Shown here: positions 1 through 10,313 of the stretch, piece after piece | How the letters are laid out: the number at the start of each line of letters is the position of its first letter | How positions within the stretch are numbered: position 1 is the first letter of the stretch | DNA from: Thalassotalea sp. | Lineage (GTDB): Bacteria; Pseudomonadota; Gammaproteobacteria; Enterobacterales; Alteromonadaceae | DNA length: 64,000 bases | Direction of reading: 5' to 3' | NCBI GenBank assembly: GCA_029237915.1 | Contig: JAQWHD010000042.1 | Location: 2,929 to 66,928, forward strand | The notes under the pieces: model-generated | Databases searched by the model: none | Told to the model about the DNA's origin: nothing | Seen by the model: the letters and a program-made list of their open reading frames with translations, nothing else | Translations under genes and position numbers: made by a program

Positions 1-2
1 AA

Positions 3-1916
3 TCACCCGCTATTACAGCTGTTTTTGTCGATGACAATAAAAATAGTTATGGCCCAATTTTAAAAAGCGATACTCTGTGGAAAATTGCTGTCGCTCATCG
101 TCCCGATGAAACCGTAACTAACTTCCAGGTTATGATGGCTTTATTTGCCTCTAACCCTAATGCATTTTTACGCAACGATATTAACACCTTAGTTGAAGGT
201 CAATATTTACGTATTCCAAGTCTAGAAGAAATTAGAACCATAGCGCCTTATGCTTATGGTGATAACAATAAAACATCGCTAGAAATTGCCGCTAATGATA
301 TTGCCAATGGCACTGCTACCACAACGGTTAGCACTAACGATGTTGCTGGTACAGATAAAGACATTACCGAAGTAGCTACGCCTGTAGATAAACCGGCCAC
401 CGTTGAAACGCCTGCTGAGCCAATTAACTCACAAGTTGCCGCACAAGAAACTGCAACAAACCCTGTTACAGCACAACCCGTAATAGCGGCAAATGCAGTC
501 GAGAGCACATCGTCGCAATCTGAATTAAATATTGCCGAAGAAAACAAAGAGTTAAAAGAAAGCCTAACCGCAGTAGACGACCAACTTTCTTATTTGCAAT
601 ACGAAGTAGCAAAAGCATCTGAGAAGCAAAGCGAAATGGATGCTTTAATTGCCGAGCAAAAACAATTACTAACCGAATCAAAAAAACGCGAAAAAAGACT
701 ATTGGCACAGCAACAAGCCTTAGTTAAACAACGTGAAGGTTTATTTAATAACCCTATTTCATACTGGTCAACAACGGGTGTGTTGGCAGTCTTAGTGATT
801 GTGCTGTTTGTCTTGGTTTATCGTCGACGCAGCATAGAGCAACTTGCCGGCCAAAATCAGCAACCACAGCCAAGTGCTGATCCTAAACCGATAAAAAAAC
901 CAGCAAACAAGGCAAATGAATCCGTTGCTAAGCAGACTGAAAATAATAAAGCAGACAGTGCCAACACCACCTCAGTTGATAGCAATAAAGCCGCAAACCA
1001 AGAAAGCATTGACAGCAATGATACGGATCTGACTTTGTTTGCAATAGAAAATGAAAGCAGTATTTTTACTTCAACAGAGACTGGAACTGAAAGTGTTAAA
1101 GTCGATGATAGTAAAACCAAACCAGAAAATGAACACGTTGAAACCGCGTTTTCAAAAATAGATTTAACCAATGCACACGATCACAGTGATGAGTTACTTA
1201 CCGATGAAGGTTTGCTTAATAGTTTAGTAACTGATGCACCGTTAAAAAAACAACCGAGCATTAATGAAATAGAAATAGAAATAGCAAACGATGACGAATT
1301 GGATATAGATCAAATCATTAATGGCATGCTTGATGAAGACACTAAACCGGCGAAATTACGCTCGAGTATCACGGGTAATGCTAAACAAGACTTTACTAAT
1401 AATGGCTATGCCAAGCAAGAGTCAGCAAAGGTTAATGAAATTAATGATTATGATGATGTTGAGTTTGATAAATTGCTTGAAGAAATATCAGCGCAAACTA
1501 ACGATGTAGTCATTTCACCGGCGAGCAACGTTGTAAAAATACAACCGCTAGCAGAAACAGAGCAAAAAATAGCACCACAAACCTCGCAAATATCGCAAGC
1601 TGAACAAGATTATATTGCCATAGAACAGCTTATCGAAGACAGTGAAGAAGAAGCCGTTACTGTTGAAGATGAAATTTATGATGGTGAAAAAATTGATGTT
1701 GGTTTAGATGAATTTCCAGAGTTTACTAAAGATGTAAAACACGTCGATGTTGATGATGATAAAAATGGCGTAAATGCCAAACTTGACTTAGCTCAGGTTT
1801 ATATTGAAATTGGCGATTTGGATAATGCTGCTGTTATTTTAAAATCGGTGATGAAACTTGGCAGCTCATCGCAGCAACAGCAAGCACAAACGTTATTATA
1901 TTCACTACATGATTAA
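3..1916 (+). CDS. fimV: FimV/HubP family polar landmark protein, 5'-truncated by the window edge
   Basis: Frame open from base 3 (SPAITAVF...GPILKSDTLWKIA, LysM-like; VMMALFASNPNAF..INTLVEGQYLRIP). Then coiled coil, one TM helix, acidic linker and FimV C-terminal motif AKLDLAQVYIEIGD. Upstream of truA as usual. Confidence 0.9.
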   Translation, partial: SPAITAVFVDDNKNSYGPILKSDTLWKIAVAHRPDETVTNFQVMMALFASNPNAFLRNDINTLVEGQYLRIPSLEEIRTIAPYAYGDNNKTSLEIAANDIANGTATTTVSTNDVAGTDKDITEVATPVDKPATVETPAEPINSQVAAQETATNPVTAQPVIAANAVESTSSQSELNIAEENKELKESLTAVDDQLSYLQYEVAKASEKQSEMDALIAEQKQLLTESKKREKRLLAQQQALVKQREGLFNNPISYWSTTGVLAVLVIVLFVLVYRRRSIEQLAGQNQQPQPSADPKPIKKPANKANESVAKQTENNKADSANTTSVDSNKAANQESIDSNDTDLTLFAIENESSIFTSTETGTESVKVDDSKTKPENEHVETAFSKIDLTNAHDHSDELLTDEGLLNSLVTDAPLKKQPSINEIEIEIANDDELDIDQIINGMLDEDTKPAKLRSSITGNAKQDFTNNGYAKQESAKVNEINDYDDVEFDKLLEEISAQTNDVVISPASNVVKIQPLAETEQKIAPQTSQISQAEQDYIAIEQLIEDSEEEAVTVEDEIYDGEKIDVGLDEFPEFTKDVKHVDVDDDKNGVNAKLDLAQVYIEIGDLDNAAVILKSVMKLGSSSQQQQAQTLLYSLHD

Positions 1917-1940
1917 CTAGTCACTCGACAATAATTAAGA

Positions 1941-1978
1941 AAGTACCGGCATTTATTAAAATTAGCCGGTATTTTTTT
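1941..1978 (+). terminator. Probable intrinsic terminator after fimV
   Basis: taccggc...gccggta stem followed by a T run. Confidence 0.6.
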
Positions 1979-2109
1979 ATCTGCACATTTTAATATCAGT
2001 CCAGCTATCTTTATTGAAGGTTTGTAAGTCTTAGGCAAATATACGATAATGCGCGCCATTATGGCTGTTCAGATAACGGTTTAATTATTTAGATGAGAAC
2101 AAAGTTACT

Positions 2110-2889
2110 ATGAGATTCGCTTTAGGCATTGAATACGATGGTTCTAATTATTGTGGTTGGCAACGCCAAAATCACGTCAACAGCGTGCAACAAGAAGTAG
2201 AACAAGCCTTATCAAAAATTGTTAATCAGCCTACCGCAGTCGTTTGTGCCGGCAGAACGGATACTGGCGTACATGGTTTTAACCAAGTGATCCATTTTGA
2301 CTCTCCAGTCGACCGTGGACAAGCTGCGTGGGAGTTAGGGATGAATACTAACTTACCTAAAGATATCGCGGTAAAGTGGAGTAGACCGGTCAGTGACGAC
2401 TTCCATGCGAGGTTTAGTGCTACAGCTAGGCAGTACCGTTATATCATTTACAATAAACGTTTACGTCCAGCGATTATGCAAAAAGGACTGAGTCATTGTC
2501 ACTTCCCGTTAAATGCCGAATTAATGCATCAAGCGGCACAGCAACTCGTTGGCGAGCATGACTTTACCTCATTGCGCACCGTCCATTGTCAGGCAAATTC
2601 ACCGGTACGAACGATCCATTTTTGTAATGTATCGCGCAACGGTGACTATGTGATCATTGATATCAAAGCCAATGCCTTTTTACAGCATATGGTGCGTAAT
2701 ATCGCCGGCACTTTAATGCGAGTAGGGCGAGAGCTTGAAACCGTTGATTGGGTTGGTGAAGTACTGACAATGAAGAATCGCTGTAAGGCTGGCATCACAG
2801 CACCTTCTGCTGGTCTGTATTTTATCGATGTCGATTATCCAGAACATTTTGGTTTACCTAAAAATAATGAAGGTGGTTTGTTTTTATAA
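2110..2889 (+). CDS. truA: tRNA pseudouridine(38-40) synthase TruA
   Basis: MRFALGIEYDGSNYCGWQRQ, catalytic AGRTDTGVH, NAFLQHMVRNI. Confidence 0.97.
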   Translation: MRFALGIEYDGSNYCGWQRQNHVNSVQQEVEQALSKIVNQPTAVVCAGRTDTGVHGFNQVIHFDSPVDRGQAAWELGMNTNLPKDIAVKWSRPVSDDFHARFSATARQYRYIIYNKRLRPAIMQKGLSHCHFPLNAELMHQAAQQLVGEHDFTSLRTVHCQANSPVRTIHFCNVSRNGDYVIIDIKANAFLQHMVRNIAGTLMRVGRELETVDWVGEVLTMKNRCKAGITAPSAGLYFIDVDYPEHFGLPKNNEGGLFL

Positions 2890-3192
2890 GCATTTAACTG
2901 ACTTATTGCAAAGATAAAAGCAGCTTAAAAATTAACCTGTTATGCACAATATCTAGCAAGTTACAGCAAAGAATTGCTATAGTTGGCCTGAAATAGGCTA
3001 AAATCAAACAAAACAGACCAGTTTTTACTACGTGTAATGGCTAAAAATATGTTTAAATTAGCGGTCATAATAGAACAAGCAATAACTTGATTGAGCCAAC
3101 CGAGTGTTTCGGCTAATTCAGAGTTTAATAATTTATATTTAGTGGTTGATAAACGGCTAAATTCATTGAATAAATAATAGGTGTACTCACCC

Positions 3193-4056
3193 ATGAGTTG
3201 GATTGAAAAAATTCTACCAAAACCGAAGACTTCGTCTTCGAGCAAACGCAATATTCCTGAAGGTCTTTGGAGTAAATGTACTTCATGTAGCGCGGTACTT
3301 TATACTGCAGAATTAGAACGTCAATTAGGCGTTTGCCCTAAGTGTGACCATCACATGCGTTTACCGGCGCGTAAGCGTTTAGAGACATTTTTAGATCAAG
3401 GCGAAAAGCAAGAACTTGGCGCTGAACTTGAACCTAAAGATATTTTAAAATTTAAAGATTCAAAGCGCTATAAAGACCGCATTGCTGCGGCTCAAAAAGC
3501 CACTGGCGAAAAAGATGCATTAGTTGCCTTACGTGGTGAACTTGCCGGTATGCCTGTTGTTGCTGTTGCATTTGAATTCTCTTTCTTAGGTGGTTCAATG
3601 GCATCAGTCGTTGGCGCTCGTTTTGTTAAAGCTGCTGAAGAATGTTTAAAACACGACTTACCATTAGTTTGTTTCTCAGCCAGTGGTGGCGCGCGTATGC
3701 AAGAAGCGTTAATGTCATTAATGCAAATGGCTAAAACCAGTGCTGCATTAGCGAAAATGAGTGAAAAAGGCTTACCTTTCATCTCTGTATTAACCGATCC
3801 TACTATGGGCGGTGTATCTGCTTCTTTAGCTATGTTAGGTGATATCAATGTTGGCGAGCCAAAAGCGTTAATTGGTTTTGCTGGTCCTCGAGTAATCGAA
3901 CAAACAGTTCGTGAAAAACTTCCAGAAGGTTTCCAACGCTCTGAATTCTTACTTGAGCATGGTGCTATTGATATGATCGTTGATCGTCGTCAAATGCGCT
4001 CAACGCTAGCGCGTATGATAGCCAAATATATGAAACACCCAGAGCCAAGCATTTAG
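3193..4056 (+). CDS. accD: Acetyl-CoA carboxylase carboxyltransferase beta subunit
   Basis: MSWIEKIL start at ATG 3193; Zn ribbon KCTSC...CPKC; GGSMASVVG; SGGARMQE. Confidence 0.97.
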   Translation: MSWIEKILPKPKTSSSSKRNIPEGLWSKCTSCSAVLYTAELERQLGVCPKCDHHMRLPARKRLETFLDQGEKQELGAELEPKDILKFKDSKRYKDRIAAAQKATGEKDALVALRGELAGMPVVAVAFEFSFLGGSMASVVGARFVKAAEECLKHDLPLVCFSASGGARMQEALMSLMQMAKTSAALAKMSEKGLPFISVLTDPTMGGVSASLAMLGDINVGEPKALIGFAGPRVIEQTVREKLPEGFQRSEFLLEHGAIDMIVDRRQMRSTLARMIAKYMKHPEPSI

Positions 4057-4093
4057 CTCAATCTTATTTTTAATAAACTGGTAAATATAGTTT

Positions 4094-5353
4094 ATGACAA
4101 TATTAAACAGCCACTCAAAGCTTACTAGCCTTAATGAGTGGCTTTTTTATTTAGAGTCAATCCATAGTAAAGAAATTGATATGGGACTCGAACGTATTTC
4201 AATGGTGGCCAAGCGCTTAGCTATATCGTTAGATAAAAGTAAAGTGATCACGGTTGCAGGTACCAATGGTAAAGGCACAACTTGTGCATTTATCGAGCAT
4301 GCGCTGTTATCACAACACCATAGTGTTGCGGTTTATTCATCCCCTCATATTAAAGATTTTAATGAACGTTTGCGCATTAACGCCCAATTAATTGATGATC
4401 AATCGTTAATTACTGCGTTTAATCAAATTGAGTTAGCTCGCGCTGAAATTTCATTAACTTATTATGAGTACACTACCTTAGCCGCCTTGATGATTTGTCA
4501 GCAATTACAACCTGACTTTGTTATTTTAGAAGTGGGCTTAGGCGGGCGCTTAGATGCAACTAATATTATTGATAGTGATGTTAGCGTTATTACTAGTATT
4601 GATTTAGACCATCAAGCCTTCCTTGGTAATGACCGCAGCAGTATTGGTAAAGAAAAAGCCGGTATTGTTCGCGCCAATAAACCCGTGATTATCGGTGAGC
4701 CAGCAATGCCTACTGATGTACTTGACTTTTGTCGTCAGAAAAAAGCCATCACTGTTGTGCGTGAGCAAGACTTCTTTATCACCAATAATGACTCACCTAA
4801 TTGGTCATGGAGCTATCAGCAGCAATCTCTTAGCAATTTGCCACAGCCATTTATTCCACAGGATAATGTCGCTACCGCGCTTACTACTTTAACCGTTTTG
4901 GGTATTGCACTTGAACATAATGCAGTCAGTCAATGGATCCTCAATACCAAGGTAGAAGGGCGTACAGAGATAGTTAGTGAACAGCCTTTAGTTGTACTTG
5001 ACGTTGCTCACAATCCTCACGCAGCCCGCTACTTAGCGAAGTTTGTACAAAGGCAGAATAAGCAACAAGTGTTTGCGGTAACTGCGATGCTGGCAGACAA
5101 AGATATCAAATCGACATTACAGACCATGCTCGCTTGTGTCAATCATTGGTACGTAGGCTCTCTTGATGTGCCGCGCGGCGCAAATCACGAAATAATGACT
5201 AATGCATTAAAAGATTTAGGTAAAGACAGTAATAGCTTTGACAATATTACTGATGCCTATAGAATGGCTGTAGATAATGCTAATAATAACGACATGATTT
5301 TAGTTTTTGGCTCATTTTTTACCGTAGCAAAAATCAAACAATCATTATTCTAA
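4094..5353 (+). CDS. folC: Folylpolyglutamate synthase/dihydrofolate synthase
   Basis: P-loop VAGTNGKGTT, EVGLGGRLDATN, LDVAHNPHA; accD-folC-dedD synteny. Confidence 0.96.
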   Translation: MTILNSHSKLTSLNEWLFYLESIHSKEIDMGLERISMVAKRLAISLDKSKVITVAGTNGKGTTCAFIEHALLSQHHSVAVYSSPHIKDFNERLRINAQLIDDQSLITAFNQIELARAEISLTYYEYTTLAALMICQQLQPDFVILEVGLGGRLDATNIIDSDVSVITSIDLDHQAFLGNDRSSIGKEKAGIVRANKPVIIGEPAMPTDVLDFCRQKKAITVVREQDFFITNNDSPNWSWSYQQQSLSNLPQPFIPQDNVATALTTLTVLGIALEHNAVSQWILNTKVEGRTEIVSEQPLVVLDVAHNPHAARYLAKFVQRQNKQQVFAVTAMLADKDIKSTLQTMLACVNHWYVGSLDVPRGANHEIMTNALKDLGKDSNSFDNITDAYRMAVDNANNNDMILVFGSFFTVAKIKQSLF

Positions 5354-5362
5354 GGAGCCGTT

Positions 5363-5995
5363 TTGTCGACCCCGTTTCAAAACCGATTAGTTGGTACTAT
5401 TATAGTTGCCGCTGCAGCAGTGATCTTTTTACCCGATGTTTTCGATGGTGAAAAACAAGCTTACCAAGCTCAGTTTGAGTCAATTCCTGCAACCCCTAAA
5501 TCAGTACCTATTGGTACTAAACAAGAATTTCCTGAGCAAAAAATTGCCAACTTAACGTTAGATAAACCTTTATCTACCGATACGGCTGCTGACCAAGAGT
5601 TAGTGCATGCCGCAAAAAACACATCTGCAGAGCTACCCGTACCAAAATCTAACAGCGCTATGATAACTGCCGCCGCTGATAAAAATAAAGCAGACAGTAA
5701 AGTGGTAAAATCAGCCCCTATTAAAGCGGTAGCTAAAAGTGTCGATAAATCGAAAGCTTACGTAGTGCAATTAGGTAGCTTTAAGCATAAAAAGAATGTT
5801 CAGCAATTAATTAAAAAATTGAAAAACTCTGGTTATACCGTTTACAGCAAGCAAATTAATACGCAAGCCGGTGAATTAACCAAAGTGTTTATCGGACCAG
5901 AAATAAGTAAAGCCTCTTTAGAAGCCAAATTACCTAAACTTAAAAAATTAACGGGCGTACAAGGTCGAGTTGCTGTTTATCAGCCAGTGGATTAA
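5363..5995 (+). CDS. dedD: Cell division protein DedD (SPOR domain)
   Basis: N-terminal TM FQNRLVGTIIV; C-terminal SPOR YVVQLGSFK; TTG start after TAAGGAG. Confidence 0.88.
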   Translation: MSTPFQNRLVGTIIVAAAAVIFLPDVFDGEKQAYQAQFESIPATPKSVPIGTKQEFPEQKIANLTLDKPLSTDTAADQELVHAAKNTSAELPVPKSNSAMITAAADKNKADSKVVKSAPIKAVAKSVDKSKAYVVQLGSFKHKKNVQQLIKKLKNSGYTVYSKQINTQAGELTKVFIGPEISKASLEAKLPKLKKLTGVQGRVAVYQPVD

Positions 5996-6131
5996 TTTTC
6001 GTTGTAATTTTATCATTACATTTTTTCGGTATAACTGATGGTAAAATTAGTCATTTTTAAGTTTAAATTAGTATAAATAAATCGGTGATACTGCTAGAAT
6101 TCGCCGCATAAATAAAAGGGATGTAGAAACG

Positions 6132-6614
6132 ATGATGTGGATAGATTATGCCATCTTAATATTAATAGGCGTATCAACACTGATCAGTTTAATTCGTGGT
6201 TTTGTTAAAGAAGCGGTTTCTTTAATTGTTTGGATTTGTGCATTTTTTGTTGCGAGTGGCTTTTATCAAGAGCTGGCAACGTACCTAACAAACATTACCG
6301 ATCCTATGCTCAGAAATGCAGCTGCGATTGCCATTTTATTTATTTTAACGTTAATACTCGGCGCGATTATTAATTATTTAATCGGTCAACTAGTAACAAA
6401 AACAGGGTTGTCTGGAACCGACAGAGTACTTGGCTTAGCGTTCGGCGCTTTACGAGGTGCATTGGTAGTGAGTGCAATTTTATTCTTTATGGATGCATTT
6501 ACACCAGCACCGACAAGTACATGGTGGCAACAGGCTGTACTTATCCCTGAATTCAAAGTAGTGATTGAATGGTTTTTTGAATACATAAAAACCTCATCCA
6601 GCTTTTTATCTTAA
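6132..6614 (+). CDS. cvpA: CvpA family membrane protein
   Basis: WIDYAIL...[10 protein letters not shown]; [16 protein letters not shown]; directly upstream of purF. Confidence 0.95.
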   Translation: MMWIDYAILILIGVSTLISLIRGFVKEAVSLIVWICAFFVASGFYQELATYLTNITDPMLRNAAAIAILFILTLILGAIINYLIGQLVTKTGLSGTDRVLGLAFGALRGALVVSAILFFMDAFTPAPTSTWWQQAVLIPEFKVVIEWFFEYIKTSSSFLS

Positions 6615-6639
6615 TTCAGCTCTTGCGGAGAGAAATTTC

Positions 6640-8157
6640 ATGTGTGGTATTGTTGGCATAGTAGGTACGTCACCGGTAAGCCAAGCTTTATATGATGGCT
6701 TAACAGTAATTCAACATCGTGGTCAAGATGCCGCTGGTATCGTAACCATTAGCGATGATAAATTTAGAATGCGTAAAGGTAATGGCTTGGTGAAGGATGT
6801 TTTCCACACTCGTCATATGTTACGTTTAACTGGCGACATTGGCATTGGCCATGTTCGTTATCCTACAGCGGGTACTTCAAGCTCTTCTGAAGCTCAACCT
6901 TTTTACGCAAACTCACCTTATGGCTTATCATTAGCTCATAACGGTAACTTAACCAATGCTGAAGAATTAACGAAATGGATTTATAGCACGGCTCGCCGTC
7001 ACGTAAATACTACATCTGATTCTGAATTATTGTTAAATATTTTTGCGCATGAGTTACAGCAAACGACTAATGATGACTTACAACCTGAAGATATTTTTAA
7101 AGCAGTAGCCAATGTGCATACTCTTGCTCGCGGCGCATACGCTGCAGTAACTTTAATTATCGGTAAAGGTTTAGTGGCATTTCGCGACCCGTTCGGTATT
7201 CGTCCGTTAGTTTTTGGTAAAAGAGAAACTGAAAAGGGCACAGAATACATGGTCGCTTCAGAGTCAGTAGCACTTGATGCATGTGATTTTGAATTTATTC
7301 GTGATGTAGCACCAGGAGAAGCAATCTTTATCTCAGAAGATGGCCAATTGTTCAGCAAGCAATGTGCACAAAACCCAACCTACAACCCATGTATCTTTGA
7401 ATTTGTTTACTTTGCTCGTCCTGACTCAACTATGGATAAAATGTCTGTTTACGGCTCTCGAGTTGAAATGGGTGTTGCTTTAGGTAAGAAAATTGCACGT
7501 GAATGGGAAGACTTAGACATAGATGTTGTTATTCCTATTCCTGAAACATCTTGTGATATCGCTTTGCAAATAGCGCAAGAGTTAGATATTCCATACCGCC
7601 AAGGTTTTGTTAAAAACCGTTATGTTGGCCGTACATTTATTATGCCTGGTCAAGCACAACGCAAAAAGTCAGTTAGACAAAAGCTCAATGCGATCACTAC
7701 TGAGTTTAAAGGCAAAAATGTTTTATTAGTAGATGACTCTATTGTACGCGGTACAACGTCTGAGCAAATTATAAACATGGCCAGAAAGTCTGGTGCTAAA
7801 AAAGTTTACTTTGCATCAGCAGCTCCTGAGGTTCGTTTCCCTAACGTGTACGGTATTGACATGCCAAGCGCAAATGAGCTTGTTGCCCACGGTCGCGAAT
7901 TGGACGATATTTGTGAGTTAATTGGTGCAGATAAGCTGATTTATCAAGACCTAACTGATTTAATCTCTGCCGTTGGCCATGCTAACAAAGACATTAAAAC
8001 GTTTGAAACGTCTGTATTTAGTGGTACTTACATTACAAATGACATCGATCATGACTACTTAACGCAGCTTGATGCTTCACGTAATAATCAAAGTAAAGAA
8101 ACATCCGACAAAGAAGCCGATTCTATTATCGATCTTCATAATGAAGGTGCAGAGTAA
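6640..8157 (+). CDS. purF: Amidophosphoribosyltransferase
   Basis: MCGIVG N-terminal nucleophile, [13 protein letters not shown] motif [12 protein letters not shown]. Confidence 0.98.
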   Translation: MCGIVGIVGTSPVSQALYDGLTVIQHRGQDAAGIVTISDDKFRMRKGNGLVKDVFHTRHMLRLTGDIGIGHVRYPTAGTSSSSEAQPFYANSPYGLSLAHNGNLTNAEELTKWIYSTARRHVNTTSDSELLLNIFAHELQQTTNDDLQPEDIFKAVANVHTLARGAYAAVTLIIGKGLVAFRDPFGIRPLVFGKRETEKGTEYMVASESVALDACDFEFIRDVAPGEAIFISEDGQLFSKQCAQNPTYNPCIFEFVYFARPDSTMDKMSVYGSRVEMGVALGKKIAREWEDLDIDVVIPIPETSCDIALQIAQELDIPYRQGFVKNRYVGRTFIMPGQAQRKKSVRQKLNAITTEFKGKNVLLVDDSIVRGTTSEQIINMARKSGAKKVYFASAAPEVRFPNVYGIDMPSANELVAHGRELDDICELIGADKLIYQDLTDLISAVGHANKDIKTFETSVFSGTYITNDIDHDYLTQLDASRNNQSKETSDKEADSIIDLHNEGAE

Positions 8158-8189
8158 AGCTTAAGCTTTTAACTCTTTAATTTCTTTCT

Positions 8190-8214
8190 AAAGGCGCCTA
8201 TCGGCGCCTTTTTT
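8190..8214 (+). terminator. Intrinsic terminator after purF
   Basis: aaaggcgcc-tatc-ggcgccttt plus T run. Confidence 0.85.
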
Positions 8215-8247
8215 GTTTTACTTAAATCACAATTTGGTTTATTTTTT

Positions 8248-8296
8248 CGTCTTCGACTCAGCATCCTGCTGATTTTGGCTTTCGTCCATGAAACGC
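8248..8296 (-). repeat. Two-hairpin GGA-loop element (TwoAYGGAY-like), abutting the MITE-like element
   Basis: Minus strand: tttc-ATGGAC-gaaa and tcagc-AGGAT-gctga hairpins. Confidence 0.5.
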
Positions 8297-8297
8297 T

Positions 8298-8560
8298 ATA
8301 CCAAGTCCACTAATTTTTTTCCAACTCAGTGAGAATTAAAAGGTTTAGAGGCAAGACATTGATTGTAGATTATGGTGATTCCTTATCAAAATCAATAACG
8401 CAGCCTATAAGCCTTTTAAACTCACCCTTGGGAGCTCATCATTGCTCCACTAACTTCACAAAATTTCATGAATATAGAACAACTATATTAATAAAATTTA
8501 GCTTGTTATTGAAGCATTGATATAGCTCTGAGTTGCGAACAAACTTAATGGAATTGGTAT
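8298..8560. mobile_element. MITE-like non-coding element with imperfect terminal inverted repeats
   Basis: Left end ataccaagtccactaa matches the reverse complement of the right end (ataccaattccattaa) at 14/16; 263 bp; no transposase. Confidence 0.65.
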
Positions 8561-8600
8561 TACTTTTGTAAAGACACAAAAGTAAGCAAAAGGTCTTCTT

Positions 8601-8748
8601 GCCCACTAATTTCTATCTTTAAAAAAAACTCTCTCTAAAAGCTTTCAACCGGTTGGAGGTAACATCCATGTAAAACACCAACCTCATAAAATCATCCATG
8701 ATTTTATGTTGAAATGAGAGAGTGATTTTCAAAGAAAATTAGGAGGGC
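8601..8748 (-). ncRNA. Long inverted repeat topped by two AUGGAU-loop hairpins (TwoAYGGAY-like RNA/repeat)
   Basis: Minus strand: cataaaatc-ATGGAT-gattttatg and ggttgg..ac-ATGGAT-gt..ccaacc, closed by tttcaac/gttgaaa and ctctctc/gagagag; outer arms 8601-8636 and 8716-8748 pair imperfectly. Confidence 0.6.
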
Positions 8749-8922
8749 AGATCTGCTATTTTCATTTACTTCGTAAAATTATATCGTTATTCACACTTCT
8801 TGGAACCAGTACGGTTATTTATTCAATAAAGTTTATTTAAACTAAAATCTGCAGGATGCTAAGTAGAAGTTGAAGACAAAGTGCGTATAACACTAAGAAA
8901 GAGAATATAGCTTAAAGAAAAC

Positions 8923-8945
8923 AAAAAAGGCGCTGTTAAGCGCCT
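8923..8945 (-). terminator. Intrinsic terminator after the Yip1 gene
   Basis: Plus strand aaaaaa-ggcgc-tgttaa-gcgcct. Confidence 0.7.
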
Positions 8946-8966
8946 CAGATAAAAGTAATGAAGATA

Positions 8967-9566
8967 TTACCCCATGAACTCAGGACCAAAACCTAAGGTC
9001 CAGAACATCGCTGTAGCGGCTAGAATGGTCACTAATAGGACTAAACCAACGGTAACTACTGAACTTGAGTAAACAAAACCTTTTTCTTCAGGAATGTGCA
9101 TCATAATAGGAATGCCTGAATAGAGTAGATAAACAGAATAAGCAACAGCGACCATTCCTGACAAGGCAACAAACCACAGTACTGGATAAAGAGCTGTTAC
9201 CCCAACCATCAATACTGGCGTTGCAGCATAAGCGGCTAGCTCTAAACATTGTGTTAAGGTTGGATTGGCATCAAATGTCGTCGCCATCCATTGCATCATA
9301 TAAGCTAAAGCGAATACGCCAGCAATAATTGCCCCATACATACTTACTGCAAGCAACACTGCGCTTGATTGGGTTATGGTAATAGGATCTCCTGCACCAA
9401 TGCTCCAGCCAATGTGTGCGGCGGCATAGTATCCACAGATAGCTGGTATAAGAGCGACTAGAAGTACATGTGTTAGACCGTACATCATACTTTCATGACG
9501 GTTGTCTATTTCGTTCCACTCTTCTTTTGGGTGAGTGTATAAACCCCAAATGTGATTTAGTATCAT
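8967..9566 (-). CDS. Yip1 family (YohC-like) inner membrane protein
   Basis: MILNHIWGLYTHPKEEW start (ATG 9566); five hydrophobic segments; YSVYLLYSGIPIMM motif. Confidence 0.85.
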   Translation of the reverse strand: MILNHIWGLYTHPKEEWNEIDNRHESMMYGLTHVLLVALIPAICGYYAAAHIGWSIGAGDPITITQSSAVLLAVSMYGAIIAGVFALAYMMQWMATTFDANPTLTQCLELAAYAATPVLMVGVTALYPVLWFVALSGMVAVAYSVYLLYSGIPIMMHIPEEKGFVYSSSVVTVGLVLLVTILAATAMFWTLGFGPEFMG

Positions 9567-9839
9567 TATAAACTTCCTCTTCGCTGTCCCCACGGTAAAC
9601 AATTTAGTTCTAAAGTCTAATATTGTTCGATTTATAAACAGTTTATATTGTTGATTTATTGTTATTTTATTAACTGCCTACACTAGTTATGTAATATGTT
9701 TAACAATTCGTCAAGACTTGTGTGTAAAATAAACAAAAAAAGTGTGTTTTTTTGAGTTAGAACAAATAATAAGCAGTTATTTGTGGAGGAGGGTGTTATA
9801 GTTTTCTATTAACTCGATGTCTTTTTGACGAATAATCGT

Positions 9840-10115
9840 TTAACTCACCTTTATTCTTACCACTCTCATTACTTGCATTTCAAAACCGGCAATTTTTTCA
9901 ACATCTAAATAATAGGTCATATTTACTCTTTGACCTGCTAATGATTGATATAATTTTTTGCGTTTATATTTAAATGGCACATCTATGGAGTCAATCATTA
10001 TGGTATTGATAAACCATTCATCTTGCTCGCGCTGAATATGGGAAGCGACTTTTTGTTGCTCGCTATGAATTAGCTTTTGATGGCTCTTTAATAATTTATT
10101 AATGTCTGAAGTCAT
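9840..10115 (-). CDS. Hypothetical protein (91 aa)
   Basis: ATG-started ORF with protein-like composition; no family recognised. Confidence 0.6.
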   Translation of the reverse strand: MTSDINKLLKSHQKLIHSEQQKVASHIQREQDEWFINTIMIDSIDVPFKYKRKKLYQSLAGQRVNMTYYLDVEKIAGFEMQVMRVVRIKVS

Positions 10116-10133
10116 ATGTTGTCTTTGTTAATA

Positions 10134-10249
10134 ATACCAATCTGTTTAAATATGTGTTCTATTTCAAGAGGTTAAAATTCGTTTTAGCAACTCCTGCAAA
10201 GTTGAATTTCTATTCAACAAAATTATCAGAACTTTATGCCGCTTGGTAT
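10134..10249. repeat. Short element bounded by ATACCAA...TTGGTAT (possible MITE derivative)
   Basis: 7-bp perfect terminal inverted repeat identical to the ends of 8298-8560; internal palindrome gttgaat-ttct-attcaac. Confidence 0.4.
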
Positions 10250-10266
10250 AAGGTTATGGATAAATT

Positions 10267-10291
10267 AAAAAGGCCGTCAGATGACAGCCTT
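10267..10291 (-). terminator. Probable terminator after the aldehyde dehydrogenase gene
   Basis: aaaaaggccgtcagatgacagcctt imperfect stem with A run on the plus strand. Confidence 0.55.
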
Positions 10292-10313
10292 AGTTCACAA
10301 ATTATAGATGCTA

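Noticed and set aside
6003-6020. TGTAAT-N6-ATTACA as a TyrR or PurR site before cvpA-purF
   Set aside because: Does not match PurR. It directly follows the dedD stop and precedes a T run, so a weak terminator hairpin explains it equally well.
8329-8520. 63-aa ORF on the plus strand
   Set aside because: Lies wholly inside the MITE-like element, with no recognisable domain; likely incidental.
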